Source: Alphaproteobacteria bacterium (GTDB taxonomy: Bacteria > Pseudomonadota > Alphaproteobacteria > Bin95). From it: DNA of 64,000 nucleotides. The stretch spans positions 576,001-640,000 of the forward strand of contig CAXXWS020000002.1 in assembly GCA_963665325.3 (NCBI GenBank), written 5' to 3'. The notes under the pieces were generated by a model. The model saw only the letters and a list, made by a program, of their open reading frames with translations, was not told the DNA's origin and did no database searches. A program made the translations under genes and the position numbers. The stretch's first letter is position 1. Each line of letters starts with the position of its first letter. Shown one piece after another: positions 28,533-38,900 of this stretch.

Positions 28533-28757
28533 TCAGCGGATGGAGACGAAGTCGTCTGTGCTGAGTCCGACCTGGCGGGCGATCTGGTGAAGGAGATAGG
28601 GGGGCAGATCGCCGGAGCCGTGAACGGGAACGGTGGTGGCCCGGCCGTCGGGGTGACGGAAGCGCTTGTGGGAACCGCGCTGGCGTACCTCGCGGAAGCC
28701 GAGCGCGGTGAGGATCGCGATGACCTCGCGAGGCCTCAGCGTCGGGGTGCTGGCCAT
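28533..28757 (-). CDS. hicA: HicA-family toxin
   Basis: LGFREVRQRGSHKRFRHPDGRATTVPVH. Confidence 0.92.
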   Translation of the reverse strand: MASTPTLRPREVIAILTALGFREVRQRGSHKRFRHPDGRATTVPVHGSGDLPPYLLHQIARQVGLSTDDFVSIR

Positions 28758-28762
28758 GGCGG

Positions 28763-28969
28763 TCAGACGTGGACGGTGTGGGTGCCGACGAATTCGGTTT
28801 GCGGTTCGCTGTCCTCGTCCTCGAGGACGAGCGTAATGACCTCGATCAGGCGGTCGTGGAGCTGGTCGAGGGTGTCGGCGTGGGTATGGGCGCCGGGGAG
28901 CGCGGGGACATGGCCGACATATTGTCCGGTGACGGCGCACCGTTCGATGATGGCGGTGAAAGTGCGCAT
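28763..28969 (-). CDS. hicB: HicB-family antitoxin (short, no DNA-binding domain)
   Basis: FTAIIER...YVGHVPALPGAHT.ADTLD.L. Confidence 0.88.
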   Translation of the reverse strand: MRTFTAIIERCAVTGQYVGHVPALPGAHTHADTLDQLHDRLIEVITLVLEDEDSEPQTEFVGTHTVHV

Positions 28970-28997
28970 GCGGCGCGTTCCTTTCATTGCGGGGTCG

Positions 28998-29025
28998 AGT
29001 GTAGAAGTTGCGCGAATTCGCGCAA
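28998..29025 (-). promoter_or_regulatory. Putative hicBA promoter with palindrome TTGCGC-GAATTC-GCGCAA (29008-29025)
   Basis: Minus strand TTGCGC-N16-TACACT; perfect 18-bp palindrome. Confidence 0.55.
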
Positions 29026-29107
29026 GAGTATCGGGTGGCGCGAGGTCTGGCCGGCAGAGTCCCCGCCCGGATTGTCCGGGCGAGGCTGTGCTTGCAGCGG
29101 TAGGGGA

Positions 29108-29479
29108 TCAGCAGGGGGAGCGTGCGGCCTCGTCGAGGGCGCTGCGGGTCTCGACGATGCGCTCGGCCGCAGAAGCGGCGCGCGCGTAGATGGATATCGC
29201 GTACTCGGCGTCGAAGAAGATGTCGCGCTCGATGCCGAGGCCGAACGGCCCTTCGAAGGATTGGAGCTCCGCGAGGCTGACATAGCCGAGTTCGGGGAAA
29301 CCGAAGCCGAGGTCGGCCAGGCAGGCGAGCCGGTCGGGTTCGTCGGGATCGGCGTGTGTGATGAGCCAGGTTCCGGTGCCGGCAGGGTTGAAGAACTTGC
29401 ATGCGGGAGGACGGTCGGTGTCGGGGGTCCTGCCGTTGGCGATGAGCTGCGCGCGCAGCTCGGGCGTCAGAAGTTCCAT
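29108..29479 (-). CDS. DUF2958-like protein
   Basis: LIANG...KFFNP.G.GTWL...LADLGFGFPELGYVSLAEL...IERD. Confidence 0.85.
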   Translation of the reverse strand: MELLTPELRAQLIANGRTPDTDRPPACKFFNPAGTGTWLITHADPDEPDRLACLADLGFGFPELGYVSLAELQSFEGPFGLGIERDIFFDAEYAISIYARAASAAERIVETRSALDEAARSPC

Positions 29480-29598
29480 GGAGCGTTCCTTGTCGGATTG
29501 CGGGGGGAGAAGGCCGGCAGCGCCGGCGGACGCCCGGAGGAGGCTTTCCTCTGCTCCGGGCGCTTCAGGGAGCGGTGGCTCCGGCGTTGCCGGGACGC

Positions 29599-30080
29599 TC
29601 AGTAGTCGATAATCCGGATGCGTACGTCGCCGTCCGTGACTTCCACGTCGGGGGCGCCATCCGGACGTCGGCGGATGACGACGGTGGGGCGGGCGTCCGG
29701 GGTTGGCAGTGTTGCCGGGCGGCTGGCGGTTATGTCGCCGTGCGGGGTCTTGAAACGGAACAGGACCTGTCCGCGCGTGACCTCTGTTGTCTCCTGCGGT
29801 GTTCCGGCGCCGTGGAAGGTGACAACCGGCAGAGGACCGCGTTCGGTATATTCGGCCGGCACGGAGAGGGCGGTCTGGCCCCATGGGTCGGAGTCGGCGC
29901 CCTCAGCCACGGCATCGACATATGTGTCAGAGACATGGTCGGTGGATTTCCAGCCGTCCATGTCCGTGTTGACGGTGTCGAGGGCCTTGCTGAGTGCTTC
30001 GTCGAGGCTCCCGGCTTCGACGGTGACGGTATTGGCCAGTGCGCGTTGTAGGCGCACTGGACCGTCCATTTCCGGGGCAT
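29599..30080 (-). pseudogene. Hypothetical gene with a probable 1-bp frameshift near 30036
   Basis: TGATG-coupled start MPRKWTVQCAYNAHW; the long frame continues ANTVTVEAGSLDEAL in another frame. Confidence 0.5.
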
Positions 30081-31843
30081 CAGGCGGCCTCCTGCGGCGG
30101 GGCGAGAGCGACCGTGACGTCTGTGCCGCGGATGGTGATCGTGGCGGCGCGGTCGCGGGGGACGAGATAGCGGAGCTCGCGGTGCGTTGCGTCGAGCAGC
30201 GACTGGCGGATAGCCTCGTCATGGCCGCAGAGGAGCTTTGTCGAGAGCCTCGCGGATTCCTGGCGGAAGTGTTCGCGCTGGGTTTCCCAGGAATCGGCCT
30301 CGCAATCGTCGGAAGGCGAGAAATAGGCTGCCTCCAGCAGTTCCGCGAGCTCGTGGGGCTGCATGGGGGTTTCCTGGCGTAGGTGGATGCGCACGTCGTC
30401 GAGCCAGCCCCAGGGCTCGCCGCAGAGGACGACGTCGGTCGCCATTACGACGGTTCTGGTTGTGCCGTCATGGCGCTGCACGGTGAGGGTGAGGAGGATG
30501 TCCTCGGGCCGGTCCTTGGGATCCGTTTCGAGGTCGTCGGTTGTGCGGTCTGCGGTAGCGTCGGTGATGATGGCGGTATGCCCGCAGGACATCGACTCGA
30601 CGCGCAGGCCGATGACGCGGTCCAGACGGTCGTACCAGTCATAGCCTTCGAGTTGACGGTCGGTCTCGAAGACCTGGGCGGTGAGGTTCGCGCATGTCAG
30701 CGCGCGGTGGAGGGTCTGGGATTCCGGCGTCTCCGGATCGAATGCCATGACCAGGGCGGCCGGTGGAACCGGGGCGCGCACAGGTGATTCGCTCCAGTGG
30801 TTGACGTCGGCGACCGAGGGCTTCCACGTGCGGAGCAGTTTGCCGGGCGGCCGGATATCGATGCCGGCCTCGCGGGCGCGGCTCCAGTCCCGGAACGCGG
30901 GACAGGGGTCGGCGTCGTTGGCCATGGCACGGTAGATGCAGAGCCGGGCGGCCTTGCGCAGCTCGTCCAGGAAGGGGGTCTGCACGATTTCCTTCCGGGC
31001 GGGGAGGACGAGTTCGAGCCGGGGGCAGTCGACGATATCGGCGCGGACGGTCCAGGTGTCGTTGTTGACGGTCCGCACTTGCGGCATACCGGCAGCGACC
31101 GTGACGCCGTGAAAGTTGACGGTCGGATCGTCGTAGGAGGCATGGCGGTTACGGAAGACGCCGAAGACGAGGCCGTTCCACCGCTCGACATGGATTGCGC
31201 CGTCGAGGAAGGCTTTGCGCGGGAGTGCGTCTCCGCCCGGGGCGGTGCGGGGGATGCCTTCGAAGAAGACCGGCAGCGGGAAGTGCCTGGCGGCGGCTTT
31301 CGCTGCCGTGCGGATGGCCGTGGCGGTTTCGGTTGCGGGGAAGGATATGGAAGCGCCGTGGGGGAAAGGAGCGGCTTCAGAGGCGTGGATTGTCGCGTCT
31401 TCCTCGCCGAGGAAGTGCGCCGGCGTCAGGGCTGCCTGCCAGGCGGGAACGCCGGTGGCGGCGAGAACGGGGCGGGAGGAAACCGTGCAGCCGCGCCGCG
31501 CGAGGCTGGCGAAGCCGAACCCGGCGGCGTCCTCGCGTTCGACGAGGTCGGGGCTCCAGCCGTTCTCGCCGAAGCTGAGCAGGACGGCGGGATCGGAGAT
31601 GCCGGAGCCGTCGTCCGCGGTGGTGATGGAGAAACGCGGCTCCTGGCTCTCCGGCCCGCCCGGGAGAGGCGCGTCCGTGAGGGTGTCGATGGTTATGCGC
31701 AGGCGGGTGGCGCCGGCGCGGCGCGCGTTCTGGAATGTCTCGCTGAAGATGTCGCGAAGGCTGCTGTCGAAGAACCTGGTCACGCGCTTGACGGCGTTTT
31801 CGTGAACGCGGGCGCGGATGGTGGCGGGGAGTGCGGGGTTCAT
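30080..31843 (-). CDS. GHKL (HATPase_c-like) ATP-binding protein of the ICE leading region
   Basis: ETFQNARRAGA, DDGSGI, AAGFGFASL. Confidence 0.78.
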   Translation of the reverse strand: MNPALPATIRARVHENAVKRVTRFFDSSLRDIFSETFQNARRAGATRLRITIDTLTDAPLPGGPESQEPRFSITTADDGSGISDPAVLLSFGENGWSPDLVEREDAAGFGFASLARRGCTVSSRPVLAATGVPAWQAALTPAHFLGEEDATIHASEAAPFPHGASISFPATETATAIRTAAKAAARHFPLPVFFEGIPRTAPGGDALPRKAFLDGAIHVERWNGLVFGVFRNRHASYDDPTVNFHGVTVAAGMPQVRTVNNDTWTVRADIVDCPRLELVLPARKEIVQTPFLDELRKAARLCIYRAMANDADPCPAFRDWSRAREAGIDIRPPGKLLRTWKPSVADVNHWSESPVRAPVPPAALVMAFDPETPESQTLHRALTCANLTAQVFETDRQLEGYDWYDRLDRVIGLRVESMSCGHTAIITDATADRTTDDLETDPKDRPEDILLTLTVQRHDGTTRTVVMATDVVLCGEPWGWLDDVRIHLRQETPMQPHELAELLEAAYFSPSDDCEADSWETQREHFRQESARLSTKLLCGHDEAIRQSLLDATHRELRYLVPRDRAATITIRGTDVTVALAPPQEAA

Positions 31844-31927
31844 GGGGAACGCTCCGTTGGTGCGGTGAAACGGCGAACGCCCCACGCGGCAAGTGCCGGC
31901 GGGGCGTCGGTTGGGCCGGTCGTTCGA

Positions 31928-34297
31928 TCAGGCGTTGCGCAGGAAGGCCGGCAGGGAGCTGTCCGGTTCGGCGCCGGCGGCCGGGTGGTGCGAACCGTTC
32001 AGCTCTCCGAAGCCGGCGATGATGACGCGGGGGGCTCCATCCGAAGTGGGGATGGCATTGACGGCGTCGATCGCCTGGCCGAGCTCCTCCGGCAGCCCGT
32101 CGGGACGGACCTGCGGCGGTTCGGCACCGTCGTGCGGTTCGGATGCCTCGGCCTGGCCTGCCCTGGCGAAGTCGTCCGGGCTGTCGGTGTCGCTCGGGGC
32201 CTCGGGCTGGCCGTCATCGTCATTGGCGGCTTCGGGCGCCGGGTCGGCCGCTGGGGCCTGCTCGTCGGCCTGGTCCTCGATCCGGCCAGTATCGAAGGGT
32301 ACGAAACCGGGCATGGTCCAGGCAAGTGCGGCGGCGTGTCCTTCGGGAGTTACGCCGACGGGTACGGGTCCTGCAGCGAATGCTGTTTCCATGGCCTTTG
32401 CCAGCGCGTCCTTCTTGAACCTGGAGTGGGCGGTCGCCCATTCGGCGCCCAGGGTCGTGCGGGCGATGTCCAGGATGCGGCTCTTGTTGATCCGCGACCA
32501 GAACATGTCGGCGGTCGGGCGGACCAGGGAGGCGAAGTCGATGTCGAGGCGCGCGACGGTGGCTTCGAACTGCGGAAGCGCCCGGTGCTGGAAGGACAGC
32601 TGGCCGTCGAGGGTACGCGCCACCGCAGCGGCGAACAGCGCCTGCTTGGCTTGCTCGGGAAGGGCGCGGAGCGCTGCGAAGGACTCGCCGTCGTCCTCGA
32701 TGTCCATCCAGTCGAAGGAAAGCGACGAACGGTCCTCGAGCATGGCCTCGCCCGGGCTCCAGCCGGCGAAGTCCTCATCGTTGTTGCGCATCGTCGGCCG
32801 GTCCGGCGTTTCCCTCGTGGCGATGTCGAGGGCCTCGGCCCGGTAGCCGGGTCGTGAGAAGACGGAGCGCGCCATCTGGAAGACGGTGAGGTCGAAGGCG
32901 GCGGTGAAGTCGTTCGCGAGGTGGGCTTTCACCAGGCTCGTCCGGATCGCAGTCATGTCGTCGGAGAGGCCGACGCCGATGCCGACGTCCTTGCGCGCTT
33001 TGGCAGCGGGATCGGGCTGGCGGCCCTGGGGCGGCGTGTAGCGGGGCTCCGTAGTCTGGACGGCCCCGCTGGCACTCGAAGCGTTGTCGCCGGTGTCTGC
33101 GGCCTCCGGCTTGTCCTCCGGACGGACGAGGCCCTCGATCACCTGGAGCTCGCCGTCCTGGCCGATGGTGACGATGCAGCCGGCGATCGCCATGGCCTCG
33201 GGGCTGTAGCGGGAACGGCCCGCGATGGCGTCCTCGATTTCCTGGGTCTCGGCCTCGATCGCGGCAAACTCGTCCTCGTGCTCCTCGGTCCAGGAGCCGT
33301 CGGCGCTGTTGTAGATCTCGGAGAGCTCCAGCTCGCGGGTGTTGAGCCGGTCCAGGCGGGCCTTCTCTTCGGCTGTCGGCTCGGAAGGATCGGCATGGAC
33401 GCGCGCATATTGCGCGGTCGTGTTCCAGTCGGCGTCGAGCTGGGCCTCGGCCCAGTTCCAGCGGGTCGCGAGTTCGTTGGCGGCCAGGTTGAGCTTGTCC
33501 GCGGCTAGCTTCGCGAGCAGCACCGGGTCCTCGAACCACACGCCGCTTTCGTCGTCGCGGGCGAACAGGTCGCGCATGACCGGGCCGCCGGCTGCCTCGT
33601 AGGCCTCGACCCCGACGAAGCGGGCGACCGCCGTGGCGCCGGGCACCCGCTCCTCGGTGAGGAGCCGTTTCACCTGCCAGGCAGTGGGGCGGTAGCCCTG
33701 TGCGGAGACTTGTCGCCATGCCGCCATCTGGCGCTCGTGGTCGGTGGTTACTGCGAAGGCCTTGAGGACTTCGAGGTCGGTCTCGTCAGCGCGGTAGGCT
33801 TCGAGGATCCCGGGTGCGACGTTGCCGAGCCGGATGCGCTGTTCGACGATCCGCTCGGTCACGCCGAAGCGCGCGGCGATCGCGGCGACGGTGAACCCCT
33901 CGCCGGCGAGGTCCGTGAACGCGGTGACCTGGTCGACCGGGTGCATGGGAATCCGGATGGTGTTCTCGACCAGCGAGAGTTCGCCCGGATTGTCGGCGCT
34001 GTCGGCCACCAGGCAGGGGACCGGATGGTCGGCCGGGATCTCCCCGTCGTCGCGGAGCGACTGGAGGGCGGCCAGGCGGCGGCCTCCGGCGATGACCGCG
34101 TAGCGGTCCGGGGTCTCCGCATCGAAGGTGCGGACGACCAGGTTCTCGAGGAGGCCGTGATTGGCGATCGAGGCCTTCAGCCCGGCATCGTCGCTCGGGT
34201 GGGGCGCGGTCTTGCGGACATTCTCGGCCGCCAGGACCAGGCAGGAAAGCGGAACCGGGCGGATTGGCCGGCCGGCGAGGGGAGCGGTCATGTTCAT
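31928..34297 (-). CDS. Long ParB/RepB/Spo0J-family protein (ICE leading-region type)
   Basis: GLLENLVV, VIAGGRRLAAL, SLVEN, IAARFG, VGVEAYEAAGG..RDLF. Confidence 0.88.
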   Translation of the reverse strand: MNMTAPLAGRPIRPVPLSCLVLAAENVRKTAPHPSDDAGLKASIANHGLLENLVVRTFDAETPDRYAVIAGGRRLAALQSLRDDGEIPADHPVPCLVADSADNPGELSLVENTIRIPMHPVDQVTAFTDLAGEGFTVAAIAARFGVTERIVEQRIRLGNVAPGILEAYRADETDLEVLKAFAVTTDHERQMAAWRQVSAQGYRPTAWQVKRLLTEERVPGATAVARFVGVEAYEAAGGPVMRDLFARDDESGVWFEDPVLLAKLAADKLNLAANELATRWNWAEAQLDADWNTTAQYARVHADPSEPTAEEKARLDRLNTRELELSEIYNSADGSWTEEHEDEFAAIEAETQEIEDAIAGRSRYSPEAMAIAGCIVTIGQDGELQVIEGLVRPEDKPEAADTGDNASSASGAVQTTEPRYTPPQGRQPDPAAKARKDVGIGVGLSDDMTAIRTSLVKAHLANDFTAAFDLTVFQMARSVFSRPGYRAEALDIATRETPDRPTMRNNDEDFAGWSPGEAMLEDRSSLSFDWMDIEDDGESFAALRALPEQAKQALFAAAVARTLDGQLSFQHRALPQFEATVARLDIDFASLVRPTADMFWSRINKSRILDIARTTLGAEWATAHSRFKKDALAKAMETAFAAGPVPVGVTPEGHAAALAWTMPGFVPFDTGRIEDQADEQAPAADPAPEAANDDDGQPEAPSDTDSPDDFARAGQAEASEPHDGAEPPQVRPDGLPEELGQAIDAVNAIPTSDGAPRVIIAGFGELNGSHHPAAGAEPDSSLPAFLRNA

Positions 34298-34454
34298 GGG
34301 GATCTCCGTCAGGGTCTGAAGAACGCCCGGCGGCAGGTCGATCCGGCCGCGAACGTATGCCCTTTCCCCTGCTATCCTTACCTGACCGGATGAGCGTCCG
34401 AGCGCGGCGCAGCGGGTATGGCGGCGGCCGGCTTGCGGCCTGGCGCGATGGCCG

Positions 34455-35936
34455 TCACTCCGTGAGGGACGGCACGATTCCTGCGAACTTCCGGGTCCAT
34501 TGCCGGCCTTCGGGCGTTGGCACCCGGACGCTCTGCATGAAGGCGTGGACGGGTTCGAGGCCGCGCGCGCGGAGCTCGCGCTCGAGCTGGGCGATCAGCC
34601 AGCTGTCGGCCAGCACGAGGACCTTGCGGGTATTGAGGCGACCGGCCGCCACCTTGGCGATATCGGCCCAGATGCCCGCGCATTTCCGTATCTGGTAGGG
34701 GCCGGGGGCGGCCTTCAGCGAGAGCGCCTTGACCAGGGCCTTGCGGTCGGTCTCGTGCAATTCGAGGACGCCGGCCTCGCGAAGCTCCGGCGTGAGCTGC
34801 GCCCGGGACAGGTTCAGGATGGGCTCCGGCATTGGCGGGACGGACTCGCGGGCGGGCGCGGGGCCGGCAGACGCGGGGACCGCGAGCTGCGGGCGGGCTG
34901 TCGAGGCCAGCTGAGCCTCCATGTTGCGGCGGAGCTGAGCCGCGCCGACAGCCTTCAGGTCGTCGTTGAGGTCGTCGAGCTCGGGAAGGATGAGGTGTGC
35001 ATTGCGGCCTTCGGCCTTCAGGCGGTCCTCCAGCCTGCAGGCGGCCGGGTAACCGGCCGGGTCCCGGTCGACGGCGATGAGAATGCGCCCCGTCGACGGC
35101 GGGATCGGGATGCCCGCCATGACGCTCGATGTCAGGGTGGCGATGCCGGCGCAGCCCGGCAGTGCGGAGAGCACCGAGAGCACGGTCTCGATTCCCTCGC
35201 CGACAGCAATGTCGCTCGTCGCCATGCGCTCGGGATGAAACAGGACGCCGGCGCCTTTCGGGCTGTCGAGCAGCTTCTTGGGCTGGGGCAGCTGCGCCTT
35301 GTCGAGGCCGGTGGCGTCGAGCCATGTCCGGTGAACCGCGTTCACCCGGCCGTCCGCGCCGAGGATGCAGGCGATCATGGCCGGCCGGTAGGTGACGTAG
35401 TTGTCGTCGCGGTAGCGGAGCTTCGACGTAAAACGCAGCGCCTCGTGGTCCGTGTCGGTTATGCCCCGGTTACGGAGATAGAGTTCCGCTAGTGTCCCGG
35501 GCAGCGGCTGGCAAGCGTCCCAGAGCCTGGGGGCGCCGGCGGGCGAATCTGCGTGGTGCCCGTCCGGTGTCTCCGGAGTGACGGCCGGAGGCGGCGTTGG
35601 GGTTGACGGTCGCGATCGGTCAGCCGGCTGCAAGTTCGGGACGCCGAGGAAGTAGCGCGCTTCGGCCATGGCCGGGCCCAGGCTGGAAAATCCGCGTGTG
35701 TGCTGGATCAGGTCCAGCAGGTCGCCCTTGTCTCCTGTCTCGTAGTCGCGCCAGCGGCCGCGGCGATGCCCCCGGAGGTCCACCTTGAGGCTCTTGCCGG
35801 GGGCGTTGTTGAGGTTGCCTACCTCCCAGCGATTTCCCGAGAGCGTGCCGGCAGGGAGGAAATGGCGGCATACCTCCTCGGCCCGTGCGGCCAGCATCGT
35901 CGAAAGGTCGCGGGGGGAGGGTCTTCCGTCCTGCAT
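34455..35936 (-). CDS. Toprim-domain primase-like protein with C-terminal extension
   Basis: VCRHFLPAG, GDLLDLI, HRTWL, VGEGIETVLS, IAVDRDPAG, DDLNDDL. Confidence 0.85.
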   Translation of the reverse strand: MQDGRPSPRDLSTMLAARAEEVCRHFLPAGTLSGNRWEVGNLNNAPGKSLKVDLRGHRRGRWRDYETGDKGDLLDLIQHTRGFSSLGPAMAEARYFLGVPNLQPADRSRPSTPTPPPAVTPETPDGHHADSPAGAPRLWDACQPLPGTLAELYLRNRGITDTDHEALRFTSKLRYRDDNYVTYRPAMIACILGADGRVNAVHRTWLDATGLDKAQLPQPKKLLDSPKGAGVLFHPERMATSDIAVGEGIETVLSVLSALPGCAGIATLTSSVMAGIPIPPSTGRILIAVDRDPAGYPAACRLEDRLKAEGRNAHLILPELDDLNDDLKAVGAAQLRRNMEAQLASTARPQLAVPASAGPAPARESVPPMPEPILNLSRAQLTPELREAGVLELHETDRKALVKALSLKAAPGPYQIRKCAGIWADIAKVAAGRLNTRKVLVLADSWLIAQLERELRARGLEPVHAFMQSVRVPTPEGRQWTRKFAGIVPSLTE

Positions 35937-35955
35937 TCGGATGCGCGCCGTGCGG

Positions 35956-38900
35956 TCAGGCGCTCATGGCCCGTGAAGCGCCTTGCTGCACCGTCCTGGT
36001 CCGGGTCTGCTCGGCGGCGGCATGGACTTCCGGCACGACCGGGGCCTTGAAGCGTTCGTCGCGCAGGAGTGCCGCAGCCTGTTCGTTCGCCTGCCGGGCT
36101 GCGCTGCAATGCTCCAGATGCGGGGCCAGGACCGGGTCGTTGCGCTGCGTGTCGAAACGCTCGAGGAGGCTGTCGGCATTTGCGCGCCAGGCGGGGAACT
36201 CCGGCGCCTCGTGGACGGGCCGCGCATTGTCGCGGGACCATTGCTCGAAACCGAGCACTTTCACGCAGGCCTGGGACATGTCGCGGGAGGTGAACTGGAT
36301 CTCGGACATGCGCTGCTCGGACCCGGCGAGCTGGGCCGAGAGCGCTTCCAGGCGTTCTGAGCGCGCGGGATCGCCGGCGCAGGCCGTAGCTGCTTCTTGG
36401 ACCGTGGCGCGCAATTCCTGGAACTGCGGTGTGTATGGGAGCAGTTCGGCCTTGCGGTCCACCAGGTCGAGGGTTTGCCGGTAGAGGTCCGAGACGCGCT
36501 CCAGGCTCGTCGCGACGGGCTCCGGGGAGGCGTGATCGCCCCGGCCGAGCGCGGCGTCGTGGAACAGGGTCGGGAGACCCGGCGCCTCGAGGCGCTCGGC
36601 GTGGGCCGCCATTTCCTTCGGCGCCAACGGCAGGTGGGACTCAAGGTTGGGGTTCTGGCGGGCCTCGTTCCATGCGCCAAGGGCCTGGTCGCGATCGTGG
36701 AGCCAGGTGTTGAACCCCGGCGCGGTCTCGATCGCCCGCCCGGGATTCTCGGCCGCCCATTCCTTCAGGCCGTCCAGCCGGTCGCAGGCATCGTCCAGGC
36801 GGCCCGCGATATGTTGCACCGTGTCCCGGCATTCGGCATGGCGGTCGAGGGTCTCCCGCAGCCCCTCCAGGCGCGTCGCGAACTGCTCGGGCTGGTGACC
36901 CGCGCTGAGCGTGTCGTTCACGAGCTGGCGGAAGTCTTCGAAGCCTTTCTGGTAGGGAAGCTGCTCGGCCTGCTGTCCGGCGGCGGCGATCAGATCCGTG
37001 TACCGGGTCGCGATCGCCTGCCGGGTCTCCTGGACGGTTGCGGGGTCGGGCGAGGCCGCCCTGAACGACGGGTCTTGCGCAGGATCGACCTTCATCACGC
37101 CGACATTGAGGCGTGCGGCCTTGTCGATCATGTCCACGACGAGCTTGCCGGCGGCGGGCCCGAAGGCGATGACGCCCTTCGGCTGGAGCTCGCGAAACAT
37201 CTCGCTGTTGCGCTCATAGGGAGCGGCCTGCTTGCCGTGCGTCGAGAAGTCCGGCAGGCAGGGGATCTGGGGCACGTTGTTGGCGTCGGCCCAGGCGGCG
37301 GCGAGCCTGTCATATCCGTTCTCGTTGCCCCAGTGGGCGAGCTTCATGTCCGGATATTTCTCGTGCACGGCATCGAGTGTCCGTGCGACTGCGGCATAGT
37401 GCAGGTCCTGCACCTCCGGCGCGAGCTTGTCGCCGGCGACCGCGACCACGGCGCCTTCGCGGTAATGCGCCTCGTGCAGGCGGCGGTCGACATGGTTGAG
37501 GAAGGACTGCGATTCCAGCAGCGCGGCGTTGGTGACGTCCTGGGTGCGGCCGAAGGACTGCTCCTGCCAGGGCTTGAGCGTCTCCTCCCTGTAGATTGCC
37601 TTCGCCTGCTCGAAGAGCGTCGAGAATGTCTCCTTCCGGACCTCTATCTCGCTCGCGACGGCGTCCCGCTGTGCGGGAGGGATATCCGGGTCGTTGCGGA
37701 CCTGCTGAAGCTCCGTCTCGACGCGCTTCAGCTGCGTGGCGATGACGTTGGCGATGCCCCAGAGCATGTTCTCGCGCTCGTCGGCGACCTGGTAGCCGTC
37801 CGGCGTCACGCGGTGAATGAGCATCTGCACGGCGAGGGCGAACGCGGAGCCTGCGGTCTCGGTGTCCTGGAACGCGCCGGCGGCGGTCGCGGCGTTCAGC
37901 GTTCGGTCGCGGCCCCGGCTCGGGTCCTCGTTGGGCTCCTGTGCGCCGGCGAGTGCGCCGGGCTCGAGACGGTAGCCTGCAAGCAGCGGCTTCGAGGCGT
38001 CGGCGAGCTGTGCGGTGTTCTCGATCCGGGTCGCCGGGATGCCGGCGTCGCCGATTTTGCGCACCAGGTCGGCGGGGATCCCGCGCCCGGCGCCCGGGAA
38101 GACAACCAGGCCGTCCGGCTTCTCGGCCGCGATACGGTCGTTTCTCTCCTTCAGGGCGGCGTCGCCCTCGTGGTTCTTATAGTCCGGAGCGACGGCCTTC
38201 ATGGGCACGTCGTTCGCGGCAGCCCATTCCTTGGCGATAGCGTCGGCGCCGCGGCTGTTGGCACCGTGAATGACTACCAGGTCGGGGTGCTGCTTGTAGA
38301 GGCGGTCGAGAGTGGCCCATACGAGGGCGCGCCCGGGCTTGAGGCCGGAGACGATCGCGACGCGGGTCCCTTGGGTCCGGGCCAGGTATTTCCGGGCCCG
38401 GGTGTAGTCCTTCATCGTCAGGCGGGGCGATTCGTGCCGTTCGGTCCGGCTGGTCGTGGAAGCGCGTGGCTCGCGGACGCGCCAGATCTGCCCGGTATGA
38501 TCCTGGTAGCCGGCCGCGGCCGTGTTGCGCATCCTCTCAAAGGCCTCCGCGCGGCCCTGCAGGTCCCAGCCGCGTTCGGTGGCGCGCTGGAGCTGGAGCG
38601 AGCTTATCTCGTTGCCGTCCTGCGCCTTCTGCAGGTCGCGTATCTCGGGTTCGAGATTGGACGCGGCGCGGAAGAGGCGTTCGGCCTGGGCGTTCAGGAC
38701 GTGGACGATGCCCCACATGAGCTGGGTGCGGTCGGGCTCGAGCGGGGCGCCGTCGGGCGCGATCCGGGTGGCGATGAGGTCCATCACCCGGTCGATGGCG
38801 TCGTGGGCGTCCTCGGGATCGTAGACTTCGCGGGTGTCGGGGTCGTCGAAGCCGGGCGTGGCGCCGTAGAGGCGCGCCTGTTCCATTATGTGGGCCGTGC

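Larger units (their letters stand above)
28301..29086. repeat. 26-bp hairpin-type direct repeats ccccgccc(c/g)gattgtccgggcgaggc at 28301-28326 and 29061-29086, partial copy at 28495-28509
   Basis: 25/26 identity; inner palindrome cgcccgga-ttg-tccgggcg; the repeats bracket hicBA. Confidence 0.8.
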
